Assembly (NCBI GenBank): GCA_964636545.1
Contig: CAZWSR010000004.1
Location: 9,524-73,523, forward strand
Reading direction: 5' to 3'
From: Candidatus Undinarchaeota archaeon
GTDB lineage: Archaea > Undinarchaeota > Undinarchaeia > Undinarchaeales > UBA543
Length of the DNA stretch: 64,000 nt
The notes beneath the pieces are model-generated. The model worked only from the letters and a program-made list of their open reading frames with translations. It searched no databases and was not told the origin of the DNA. This document shows positions 18,225-26,982 of the stretch, in pieces; position 1 is the stretch's first letter, and each line of letters begins with the position of its first letter. Made by a program: the position numbers and the translations under genes.

Positions 18225-18965
18225 TTATGGTTTTTGAACAGAAGCTGAACCTGGATTAAATTTCTGTACAACTTCATACAATAATGGTACCAACTTGGTT
18301 TCTGCTTTGCGAATATGCTCTCTTACTGTATTTTCATGTAAATCAGCAAGCTCTGCCATGTCTCTAATAGAAACTTTTCTAGGATATGTGTAATACCCAA
18401 GTTTGTACGCCATATTAAAAATCTCTAATTGTTTTGCACTAAGTTCTCCAGGTAACATATTTGCATCTTTTGAAGAAATCAAACATAAAAGATCAGTTGG
18501 TTTTGGAGTGCCGATATCTGTTTTCTTTAGTTTTAGAAGTTTAGCTTCTCCAATTTCATTCATTGTGTTATAAAACTGCATCATACTATCTTTATTTTCA
18601 GACATGATTGTAGCAGTTTCCATGCCATCACTATCATGCACTGAGTCAAAGAACAAACATCCAGAGTCTGTTATGCTTTGAGTTGCGGTTTTATCATACT
18701 TTGTCTTTGCCAGTACCCTCATTACATTATTAGATTTGTACAAAACTTTTAAGTCTTTAACAAGATCATGGGACTTGACGTATTCAAAAGCAGCATTAAG
18801 TTCTGCAGTAGTACCTTTCCAGGTATTGTCTGTAAGAACATATTTCTTTACTGCATCTGTGAAAAACGGTTTGGTCTCGATATCAAGTTCTGGATATTTT
18901 TCAGATAAGTCTACAACCCAACACTTGTGTCTGAACCCCACCTTCGAAATTAATACATCCATCAT
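18225..18965 (-). CDS. transcription regulator with C-terminal Bat-type HTH (HTH_10)
   Basis: LSAKQLEIFNMAYKLGYYTYPRKVSIRDMAELADLHENTVREHIRKAETKL. Confidence 0.88.
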   Translation of the reverse strand: MMDVLISKVGFRHKCWVVDLSEKYPELDIETKPFFTDAVKKYVLTDNTWKGTTAELNAAFEYVKSHDLVKDLKVLYKSNNVMRVLAKTKYDKTATQSITDSGCLFFDSVHDSDGMETATIMSENKDSMMQFYNTMNEIGEAKLLKLKKTDIGTPKPTDLLCLISSKDANMLPGELSAKQLEIFNMAYKLGYYTYPRKVSIRDMAELADLHENTVREHIRKAETKLVPLLYEVVQKFNPGSASVQKP

Positions 18966-19183
18966 ATTTCTCCTGAACTTTGTTTTATAAAAGGTTTTAG
19001 ATGTTGAAATAGTATGAGTAAATATGGGGTGTGGTAACCGCTATTTTCAATTTACTCATACTCAAGAGTTCCACTTAACCATTGGTTACAACTTCCACCT
19101 AAATATTTAGAGGACTTGTTTTTGCTTGGTGGTTTGGGTTTCATCTTAAACTAAATTGTCAAAACTAGGTTATTTTAGTTACA

Positions 19184-19197
19184 CTGTGATATCACAG
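19184..19197. promoter_or_regulatory. perfect 14-bp palindrome next to a minus-strand TATA box
   Basis: ctgtgatatcacag, adjacent to (minus) gcttttaaa at 19201-19209. Confidence 0.55.
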
Positions 19198-19230
19198 GGG
19201 TTTAAAAGCAAATTAAAAATAATAGAAAAG

Positions 19231-19355
19231 TGCCGACGGCGTGGATTGAACACACGACCTCCAGATTTCTTAGCGCCGAATAAGTCATTTCCCGCAAGGG
19301 GATCAGCACTCATAACGCATATGAGTCTGGCGCTCTACCGCTGAGCTACGTCGGC
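19231..19355 (-). tRNA. tRNA-Met(CAT), probably elongator, with 53-nt intron (19267-19319)
   Basis: GCCGACG/CGTCGGC acceptor; CCAGA-CT-CAT-A^intron^A-TCTGG; BHB-like pairing at 37/38. Confidence 0.92.
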
Positions 19356-19471
19356 ATTGATTTGGAGGAACTCAGCAGGAGTTTTGGATTAGTTTTGCTG
19401 TTTATAACTTTTATTGATAGGAATATTCGCAAAAGCATAAATTAATAACCACTAAATCAGTATTCGATTTA

Positions 19472-20353
19472 ATGAAAGCCCTAATAATCCAAAATCCAAT
19501 GTCTGGAAGAAGCAATGAATTTGATACTTCAGTAAAAGATATTTTCAAAAAAGCCAACATCAAAATTGAAATAAAACAAACAATAGCAAAAGGAGATGGC
19601 ACGAATCTTGCAAAATCTGCAATTGGAAAGTATGATATTGTTATTGCTGCTGGCGGCGATGGAACAGTTAATGAAGTAATTAATGGGATTATTGGAAAAA
19701 GCATAAAGCTTGGAATCCTGCCTCTTGGTACTGAAAATTCGGTTTCTAAAGAGCTTGGAATTCCTGAAAACTGTAAATCAGCTGCAAGAATTATTGCAAA
19801 AGGAAATTCAATTAAATTTGATATTGGTTCACTTGAAAACGAAGCAGGAAAACGTTATTTTGCATTAGTTGCTGGTGTTGGATTTGATGCAGCAATTGCT
19901 TCAGACTTAACTCCTCACTTGAAAAAAATGCTTCATGGTGCAGCATATCTTCTTGAAGGCCTAAAAGAACTAGTAGAATACAAAAAACACAAAATGATTG
20001 TGGTACTTGATGATAATGAAGAGCTTGAAGGCTATTTTGCAATTATTGGAAATGTGAAATATTATGGAATGGGTTTGGAAATGACACCAGAAGCAGACCC
20101 AACATCAGGCCAACTTGACTTAATCCTTTTCAAAAAAGAGAATGTTTTTGAGATGTTAGAATACGGAGTTCATGCACTTTTACATAATATTGACAAATTT
20201 AAGGATGTAGAATACAGGAAATTCAAAAAAGCAGTTATTGATTCAGAAGGAGACGTGCTTGTACATGCTGATTGTGAACTTTCTGGTGGAACCCCAGCAA
20301 CTTTCCAAGTGCATGAAAATGCAATTGAAGTATTTTATAAAAAAATACAGTAA
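19472..20353 (+). CDS. diacylglycerol kinase family lipid kinase (YegS/DagK-like)
   Basis: NPMSG, AAGGDGTVNEVING, LPLGTEN, GVGFDA, GNVKYYG. Confidence 0.92.
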   Translation: MKALIIQNPMSGRSNEFDTSVKDIFKKANIKIEIKQTIAKGDGTNLAKSAIGKYDIVIAAGGDGTVNEVINGIIGKSIKLGILPLGTENSVSKELGIPENCKSAARIIAKGNSIKFDIGSLENEAGKRYFALVAGVGFDAAIASDLTPHLKKMLHGAAYLLEGLKELVEYKKHKMIVVLDDNEELEGYFAIIGNVKYYGMGLEMTPEADPTSGQLDLILFKKENVFEMLEYGVHALLHNIDKFKDVEYRKFKKAVIDSEGDVLVHADCELSGGTPATFQVHENAIEVFYKKIQ

Positions 20354-20386
20354 GGGTTATTGGTTTTTCGTAGTTAGTTATTCGTA
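20354..20386. repeat. class 1 heptamer array, left arm of four-helix-bundle cassette
   Basis: gggttat-tggtttt-tcgtagt-tagttat-tcgta, starting immediately after the dagK-like stop. Confidence 0.8.
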
Positions 20387-20441
20387 GATAAACTCACTTG
20401 AGTTAACAAAAGTTTATTAACACTTAAGCAATCGAGCACAT

Positions 20442-20795
20442 ATGCAAGATTTTACAAAACTAGAAATTTATCAAGAAGCACAGACATTAGCATTAGACAT
20501 CTATACTATTACAAAGAAATTTCCAGGAGATGAACGATTTGGAATGGTTCAACAGTTAAAAAGAGCTAGTACTTCAATAGGTGCAAATATTTCAGAAGGT
20601 GCAGGACGTTCTAGTAATAAAGATTTTTCTAGATTTTTATTTAATTCAGTTGGTTCTTTAAATGAGCTTCTTCATTTTTTGATGCTTGCTCATAAATTAA
20701 AGTATATAACTACTGGAGAATGGGTTATGATTTCTGAAAAAAGCGATAAATTAGGTAGAAAAATTAACAAATTTCTACAATCACTTTCTAGATGA
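20442..20795 (+). CDS. four-helix-bundle protein (23S rRNA IVP / Avd-like family)
   Basis: F.KLEIYQ, FP.DERFG...Q.KRAS.SI.ANI.EG.GR, FL..S.GSL.E. Confidence 0.93.
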   Translation: MQDFTKLEIYQEAQTLALDIYTITKKFPGDERFGMVQQLKRASTSIGANISEGAGRSSNKDFSRFLFNSVGSLNELLHFLMLAHKLKYITTGEWVMISEKSDKLGRKINKFLQSLSR

Positions 20796-20800
20796 TTTAT

Positions 20801-20833
20801 TACGAAAAACGAAAGACAAAAAACCAATAACAA
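20801..20833. repeat. class 1 heptamer array, right (inverted) arm of four-helix-bundle cassette
   Basis: tacga-aaaacga-aagacaa-aaaacca-ataacaa, in-register reverse complement of 20354-20386. Confidence 0.8.
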
Positions 20834-20872
20834 ATACTAACCTTTTTAAACACAAAATAACTAACCCAAATC

Positions 20873-21943
20873 ATGTCAAAATTTAAGAATTGGATAATGA
20901 GTGGGTTTGGAGTTTTAGTTCTTGGACTTTTCTTGAATTTCTTGCGTGGTAGTGGTTTTACAGGAGTTTTGAAAAATGCTAATTATTATTTAATGATGTG
21001 GGTCGTGATTCTAAATCTAGTTGTTGTTGCAATCTGGACCTGGCGATGGGACATTGTTCTTAGGGAAATGGGTTACAAACTCAATTACTTTTATCTTTAT
21101 GTTGCTACAATTATTGGAAACTTTGGAGATACAATAAGTCCTGGAGCAAGAATGGGTGGAGAGCCATTCCGTGCATATTATGTTGAAAAAAAGCATAAGG
21201 AAGTTAAAGTTGATGATCTTGCAGCATCGCTTGTTCTTGAAAAGATGTACAACACCACGGTTTTCTTTGCAATAACTGCAATTTCAATAATTTACATTCT
21301 TTTAAAATACACATTTTCAATAAAACTACATGTGCCCTTGTTAATCATTTTAGTTCTTGGTAGTGGAATGATGGCAGGAATCTTTTACTTAATGTTTAAA
21401 ACAAAAAAAGGAATAGCTGCATTTGAGAGATTAATGCATTGGATTTTAGAAAAATTATCACATACTCATTTTTGGAAATATTTTGAAAAGAAACATATGA
21501 GTAAAAAGAAAGTAGAAGCAATCTTTGACAAACACATTAGAAAATTCTTCCAGGACATTGGAAAATTCAGTAGAGGGGGTGGTTTGTGGACAAAAGGTGC
21601 GTTAAATGCAGTATTGTATTGGATAGCACTTTATTTACAAGCATACTTGTGTTTCCTTGCAATAGGGAGTAACATCAGTTTTGCAGCAGTTGTTGCTATT
21701 ATTTCAATTTCAAATATGGCTGGAGCAGTTACTTTATTACCAAGTGGATTGGGAATTGTTGAAATAATCCAAACATCACTTTCAATGTTATTCGGTGTTG
21801 CACTTGCAGAAGCAGGAGCAGCAATCCTACTTCTAAGAGGAAATTACTACTTGTTTGGAATAATATTTGGATATGTTGTAATGCTAATTGCAACACAAGG
21901 TAGAGGGCATAAAGAAATTAAAAAGCATACGCAAGAAGAATAA
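20873..21943 (+). CDS. LPG-synthase TM / UPF0104 flippase-like membrane protein
   Basis: RW..VL, P.ARMGGEPFRAY, PSGLGIVE; polytopic. Confidence 0.85.
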   Translation: MSKFKNWIMSGFGVLVLGLFLNFLRGSGFTGVLKNANYYLMMWVVILNLVVVAIWTWRWDIVLREMGYKLNYFYLYVATIIGNFGDTISPGARMGGEPFRAYYVEKKHKEVKVDDLAASLVLEKMYNTTVFFAITAISIIYILLKYTFSIKLHVPLLIILVLGSGMMAGIFYLMFKTKKGIAAFERLMHWILEKLSHTHFWKYFEKKHMSKKKVEAIFDKHIRKFFQDIGKFSRGGGLWTKGALNAVLYWIALYLQAYLCFLAIGSNISFAAVVAIISISNMAGAVTLLPSGLGIVEIIQTSLSMLFGVALAEAGAAILLLRGNYYLFGIIFGYVVMLIATQGRGHKEIKKHTQEE

Positions 21944-21946
21944 AAG

Positions 21947-22049
21947 TGGTCCCCTCTCCGAGATTTGAACTTGGAACCTTCCGGTTTCTATACAAGCAAT
22001 TGCTTGCATCGTTCTACAGCCGGACACTCTACCGTTGAGCTAAGAGGGG
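21947..22049 (-). tRNA. tRNA-Tyr(GTA) with 28-nt intron (21986-22013), CCA encoded
   Basis: C1-G72 acceptor CCCCTCT/AGAGGGG; TCCGG-CT-GTA-G^intron^A-CCGGA; canonical BHB possible. Confidence 0.93.
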
Positions 22050-22097
22050 TATCAAATAAATCAGGATAGGAGATTATAAGCTTTTTGATTAAAGTTT

Positions 22098-22163
22098 TTG
22101 TAATTCGTTATTGGTTTTTTGTTATTCGTTTACGAACTACAAAGAACAAACAACCAATAACTA
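22098..22163. repeat. palindromic heptamer array, class 1 (empty form)
   Basis: ttgtaat-tcgttat-tggtttt-ttgttat-tcgt-TT-acga-actacaa-agaacaa-acaacca-ataacta. Confidence 0.85.
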
Positions 22164-22202
22164 AAGATAACATATAAAAACACCAAATACCTACTGCGAT
22201 TA

Positions 22203-23927
22203 ATGATTCAGAACGTCTTTGTTGAGCTAAGTATTCTAATCCTAATTGTTGTAGGCATTTCAGCAATCATGCGGATCCTAAAACAGCCGCTGATTATCGG
22301 TTATATCCTAGCAGGAATTGTTGTCAGTCCATCTATTTTTAATATTGTTGGAGCAGCTGACTCAATATCAACTTTTGCAGAAATTGGGGTTGCGTTCTTG
22401 CTTTTCATGGTCGGCCTTAATTTGAACTTAAAAGTAATAAAAGATGTTGGAAAAGTTGCACTTGTAACAGGGTTAGGACAAGTTGCAATAACGTCAGTTG
22501 TATCATTTGCAATGTGTATGTTCTTTGGTTTTTCAAAAATAACCTCACTTTATGTGGCAATTGGGCTTACGTTCAGCAGTACAATTATTGTAATGAAAAT
22601 GCTTACAGATAAAAAAGAAACCGATGCGCTGTACAGCAGAATTGCAATTGGATTCCTTATTGTTCAAGATATTATTGCGATCTTTTTACTCATCTTCTTA
22701 TCTTCATTTACAGGACAAGTTGGTTTCTCAAACTTTGTTATAAAAACATTCTTTGGTGGAATGGGTTTACTTTTATCACTGTTTTTAGTTGGAAAATACA
22801 TATTGCCACCAGTAACCAAAGCAATTGCAAAGTCACAAGAATTCCTTCTTCTGTTTTCAATTGGCTGGTGTATGGCATTGGCGTCACTGTTTTATTACCT
22901 TAATTTTTCAATTGAAGGTGGTGCGCTTCTTGCTGGAATAACACTTTCAATGTCCCCCTACAGATTTGAAATAAGTTCCAGAATGAAACCATTGCGAGAT
23001 TTCTTTATTGTGATGTTCTTTGTGCTCCTAGGGACACAAATACAACTTGGAGCAATGACTTCGTACATACTTCCAATAGTTTTGTTTTCAATGTTCGTGC
23101 TTATTGGCGGTCCAGTAATAATGATGGGAATTATGGGCTTTATGGGATATACAAAACGAAATAGTTTCCTTGTTGGAATAACTACGGCGCAGGTTAGTGA
23201 ATTTTCATTGATTTTGATTGCACTTGGTGTGCGATTGGGTCACTTAACTGGAGAGATTCTTTCATTTATGACAGTAATTAGTTTAATAACAATTGCAGGT
23301 TCTGCATATTATATCAAATACTCAAAAGGTATGTACAATGAATTTTCACCATTCCTTAAGATTTTTGAGCGTTCAGGAGAGAAAGTTGATGAGCATAAAT
23401 ATCACAAAGACAAGAAATATGATGTTTTCTTATTTGGATATAATAGAATTGGATATGATATTTTGAATGCAATTGAAAAAACAAAAAAGAGTTTTCTTAT
23501 TCTCGATTATAATCCTGAAATAATTGTAAATCTGGCAAAGAAAGGTTATGAATGCCGATATGGAGATGCTAGCGACCCTGAACTTTTGAATGAACTTGAT
23601 TTCTGTCAAGCAAAAATGGTAATTTCAACAATACCAGACTTAGAAATAAACTTGATGCTTCTGAAAAGATGTAAAAATGAGAAAAAGAATGCAGTTATGA
23701 TATTTGTTTCACATAGTATTGAAGAAGCAATGAAACTATATGAAGCTGGAGCATCTTATGTTGTAATGCCACACTTCCTTGGGGGGCATCATGCTTCAGT
23801 AATGATTGAAGAACATGGATTAAATTTGAACAAATTTTTAAAAGAAAAAGTCAAACATATCAAAGATCTAGAAACCAGAAAGAGTATAGATCACGAGCAT
23901 CCAACAACTGAGAGAACTACAAGTTAG
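22203..23927 (+). CDS. CPA2/Kef-type cation:proton antiporter with TrkA-N (RCK) domain
   Basis: QPLIIGYILAG, FSSTIIV.K, IVQD, QVSEFSLI; GYNRIG and YGDASD in the RCK domain. Confidence 0.9.
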   Translation: MIQNVFVELSILILIVVGISAIMRILKQPLIIGYILAGIVVSPSIFNIVGAADSISTFAEIGVAFLLFMVGLNLNLKVIKDVGKVALVTGLGQVAITSVVSFAMCMFFGFSKITSLYVAIGLTFSSTIIVMKMLTDKKETDALYSRIAIGFLIVQDIIAIFLLIFLSSFTGQVGFSNFVIKTFFGGMGLLLSLFLVGKYILPPVTKAIAKSQEFLLLFSIGWCMALASLFYYLNFSIEGGALLAGITLSMSPYRFEISSRMKPLRDFFIVMFFVLLGTQIQLGAMTSYILPIVLFSMFVLIGGPVIMMGIMGFMGYTKRNSFLVGITTAQVSEFSLILIALGVRLGHLTGEILSFMTVISLITIAGSAYYIKYSKGMYNEFSPFLKIFERSGEKVDEHKYHKDKKYDVFLFGYNRIGYDILNAIEKTKKSFLILDYNPEIIVNLAKKGYECRYGDASDPELLNELDFCQAKMVISTIPDLEINLMLLKRCKNEKKNAVMIFVSHSIEEAMKLYEAGASYVVMPHFLGGHHASVMIEEHGLNLNKFLKEKVKHIKDLETRKSIDHEHPTTERTTS

Positions 23928-24658
23928 ATTTTTCTAGCAAATATTAGAAATGCAGTGTGACCAATAGGTGCAGTTCTAGGTCTTGACATATCGCCACCAG
24001 CTTCCCAAATACGCTCGATTATTTCTCGAACCATAATATTACTGAATTTTGTTAAAGAGTTCTTGAATTTAACAACTTGTTCAACTGTTGGGCAATAACC
24101 AACAATAAAACCACCAGGCTTCAAGGCCTTGTAAGCTCCCGGAACAGCTGATGCAGGTGCACCCATATCAAGCATAACAATATCTACTTCTTTTTCTTTA
24201 ATCCCTTTTGTAACATCTGCATTCTTTAAATCAACATTAGTTACTCCACAGCGATCCAAATTTTTCTTTACAATTTCATAAAAATCTTTGCGAATTTCGT
24301 AAGTATGTACTTGTTTTACAATTGAACTCATGAAAATAGTCATCGCACCACTGCCACCACCTGCTTCTACAACAACATCTGTCTTGCACATACCCGTGTG
24401 TGCTGCTATAATTCCAGCGTCCTTGAATGTGATTATTTGAGGTGCGCGCTTAATTTTACGCAGTTTGTCAGGTATTCGTGGGATAACGATTGTAAATTCC
24501 TTACCCATATGTGTTTTTACTTTATCACCAGGCTTCAGCTTGCGCATTGCTTTAAGATCAAAATTGCCATACTCTGTACTGAAGGCATCTTCATTTAGAT
24601 AAATAAGATAATTTTTGTGGCCTATTAATTGTACTTGGTCTGTTTTCTTGAAAGTCAT
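23924..24658 (-). CDS. trmI: tRNA (adenine-N1, A57/58) methyltransferase
   Basis: R.PQII..KD, VVEAGGGSGA.T, YEIR.DF, YCPTVEQ, GHTAFL. Confidence 0.92.
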   Translation of the reverse strand: MTFKKTDQVQLIGHKNYLIYLNEDAFSTEYGNFDLKAMRKLKPGDKVKTHMGKEFTIVIPRIPDKLRKIKRAPQIITFKDAGIIAAHTGMCKTDVVVEAGGGSGAMTIFMSSIVKQVHTYEIRKDFYEIVKKNLDRCGVTNVDLKNADVTKGIKEKEVDIVMLDMGAPASAVPGAYKALKPGGFIVGYCPTVEQVVKFKNSLTKFSNIMVREIIERIWEAGGDMSRPRTAPIGHTAFLIFARKI

Positions 24659-24788
24659 GAGAATTAGATAGAGTACACTGTTTATAAGCATTTTCAAGAA
24701 AACCATAAAAACCTACTAAAACATATATTTTCAAGTATATGGATAGCCAATGGAAAAGCTTAAATACACAAATTAGCTCTAAAAGAAG

Positions 24789-24907
24789 GTCTGACGGCCA
24801 TAGCGGAGGGGTTCCACCCGATCCCATTCCGAACTCGGCAGTTAAGCTCTCCAGCGATTTGTTGATTACTGCGTTTTGACGTGGGAAAAACAAGACGCTG
24901 TCAGGCA
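24789..24907 (+). rRNA. rrf: 5S rRNA (stand-alone)
   Basis: ggccatagcgg, cccgatcccattccgaactcggcagttaagc; terminal helix gtctgacggc/gctgtcaggc. Confidence 0.93.
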
Positions 24908-25072
24908 CTTTAATCATGTCCACATCCGCGGAAATTCGAGGTTAAGATTGTTGATTCTAAAGAAATCTGACTAAATTTTAGAAGCATACAAGCAGCCATA
25001 GCTATAGACCTTGCTCTCGATTGGTCATGAAGAACACCCAAATGTCAAAACTTTGGATGTATCATAGGAAAT

Positions 25073-25147
25073 GCCCCGGTAGTGTAGCGGTTATCATACG
25101 ACCCTGTCACGGTCGTGACGCGGGTTCGAGTCCCGTCTGGGGCGCCA
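25073..25147 (+). tRNA. tRNA-Asp(GTC), CCA encoded
   Basis: CGACC-CT-GTC-AC-GGTCG; GCCCCGG/CTGGGGC acceptor. Confidence 0.95.
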
Positions 25148-25149
25148 AT

Positions 25150-25223
25150 GGACCCGTAGCTCAGGCTGGGAGAGCACTTGGCTTTTAACCAAGGGGTCGA
25201 GGGTTCAAATCCCTTCGGGTCCG
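25150..25223 (+). tRNA. tRNA-Lys(TTT)
   Basis: CTTGG-CT-TTT-AA-CCAAG; GGACCCG/CGGGTCC acceptor. Confidence 0.95.
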
Positions 25224-25250
25224 CTCTAATAATCTAAAAAGAGGAGAAAA

Positions 25251-25493
25251 ATGGCAGAAAAGAAAACAACAAAAAAACTAGTACATGACCTTGTGCCAAA
25301 GCACGAGCTTATGAAAGAGGACGAAGTTGAAAAGATTCTAAAAGTGTATGGGATTGCTAAACAGCAATTACCAAGGATATTAAGTAAGGATCCAGCTCTT
25401 GAAGGTCTTGATGCAAACAGGGGCGATGTTGTTCGTATTGAAAGAAAAAGCCCAACTGCTATACTAACAAACTATTACAGGATAGTTATCTGA
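25251..25493 (+). CDS. rpoH: RNA polymerase subunit H (Rpo5)
   Basis: HDLVPKHE, QLPRI...DP, RKSPTA...YYR. Confidence 0.96.
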   Translation: MAEKKTTKKLVHDLVPKHELMKEDEVEKILKVYGIAKQQLPRILSKDPALEGLDANRGDVVRIERKSPTAILTNYYRIVI

Positions 25494-25500
25494 GGTTCAA

Positions 25501-26982
25501 ATGGATTACAAACCACTTATTAAATCATTCATACAAGAAAACGGGCTGGTAACTCACCACATCAACTCGTTTAATGATTTTATTGAGAGCGGATTACAAA
25601 GCGTTGTCACTGAAATCGGAAATATTAATCCAGAAATGGAAGAATATGAAATTAGATTGGATAAAATAAGTGTAGGTGTTCCTTGTGTAAAAGAAGCAAA
25701 TGGGACAATACGAAAAATTTTCCCAAATGAAGCACGACTACGTGACTTAACTTATTCTGCACCACTTCTACTTTCAATGACTCCAATACAAAATGGAACA
25801 GAGTTGGAGCAAATAGAAACACCTATCGGCGATCTTCCAATAATGCTTAGATCAAAAAAATGTCTTTTACACGGCCTTACTGCAGAAGAAATCACAAAAA
25901 CAGGTGAGGATCCTGAAGATCCTGGTGGATATTTTATTGTAAACGGAACTGAGCGAGTACTTGTACTTGTTGAAGATTTAGCAGCAAACATGATGAACAT
26001 GAATCATGTTGCACTAGGAACTACAACAGAGAGTGTTAGAATTTTCTCAGAAAAAGAATGGTACAGACGCAGAAACAGTATAGACAGGAAAAAAGATGGC
26101 AGCCTTATTGTTAACATGCCACCATTCTCAAAACCAATTGAATTTATTGTTTTAATGCGTGCACTTGGAATGGATAGTGATGAATTAATTGTAAATTCAA
26201 TATCCTCAAACCCACAAGTTCAAGGGGAACTTTATGTAAGTTTTGAAAGTGCAGCAGAAGCAGTTTCACGAAAAGATGCTCTTGACCACCTTGGAAAGAA
26301 AATAGCATTTGGACAAGGAAGGCCAGAGAGAATACAAAGAGCAGAACGTATTCTTGACACATTTTTACTACCACATATGGGTCTTGATCCAAAAGACAGG
26401 TTTGCAAAGGCACATTTCCTTGCAAAAATGACTGACAGGGTTATCAAACTCCATCTTGGCCTAACAGAAATTGACGACAAGGATCATTATTCAAACAAGC
26501 GATTGCGTCTTGCAGGAAGCTTGTTTAAAGACCTTTTCCATGTAGCTTTCCGTGCTATGATAAACAATACTGTTTACACGCTAGAAAAAGCATATAAGCG
26601 AAACAGAAAATTCTCAATACATACTGCAATACGTTCAAATTTCTTAACAGACAGGATACAACATGCAATTGCAACTGGATCCTGGATTGGAAGCAGACAA
26701 GGAATTTCACAACATTTGGACCGCTTGAATTACATATCTGCAGCATCCCATAGGCGTCGTGTGCGTTCGCTTTTGAGCACAACACAACCGCACTTTGAAG
26801 CTCGTGATTTGCATGCAACCCACTGGGGCCGTTTGTGTCCAAGTGAAACACCAGAGGGTTCAAACATTGGTCTTGTGAAAAACTTATCAATTATGTCAAA
26901 AATTTCAACAAAAAAAGATGATGTTTTGATAACTGAAACACTTGAAAAGATGGATGTTAAATTGGAGGGAGCAAAAAAATGA
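25501..26982 (+). CDS. rpoB2: RNA polymerase subunit B'' (Rpo2N)
   Basis: PNEARLRDLTYSAP, DPGGYFIVNG, DDKDHYSNKRL, CPSETPEG. Confidence 0.96.
   Translation: MDYKPLIKSFIQENGLVTHHINSFNDFIESGLQSVVTEIGNINPEMEEYEIRLDKISVGVPCVKEANGTIRKIFPNEARLRDLTYSAPLLLSMTPIQNGTELEQIETPIGDLPIMLRSKKCLLHGLTAEEITKTGEDPEDPGGYFIVNGTERVLVLVEDLAANMMNMNHVALGTTTESVRIFSEKEWYRRRNSIDRKKDGSLIVNMPPFSKPIEFIVLMRALGMDSDELIVNSISSNPQVQGELYVSFESAAEAVSRKDALDHLGKKIAFGQGRPERIQRAERILDTFLLPHMGLDPKDRFAKAHFLAKMTDRVIKLHLGLTEIDDKDHYSNKRLRLAGSLFKDLFHVAFRAMINNTVYTLEKAYKRNRKFSIHTAIRSNFLTDRIQHAIATGSWIGSRQGISQHLDRLNYISAASHRRRVRSLLSTTQPHFEARDLHATHWGRLCPSETPEGSNIGLVKNLSIMSKISTKKDDVLITETLEKMDVKLEGAKK

Noticed and set aside
20442-20795. Diversity-generating retroelement or rRNA intervening sequence
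   Set aside because: No reverse transcriptase, no TR/VR pair, and the gene is not inside an rRNA gene
24591-24923. 110-aa minus-strand ORF
   Set aside because: Antisense to the 5S rRNA; spurious
24927-25024. Minimal RNase P RNA (GCGGAAATTCGAG pairing with CTCGATT resembles P4)
   Set aside because: No room for P2/P3, no ACAGAA-type CR-V context, and the pairing is nested rather than a pseudoknot
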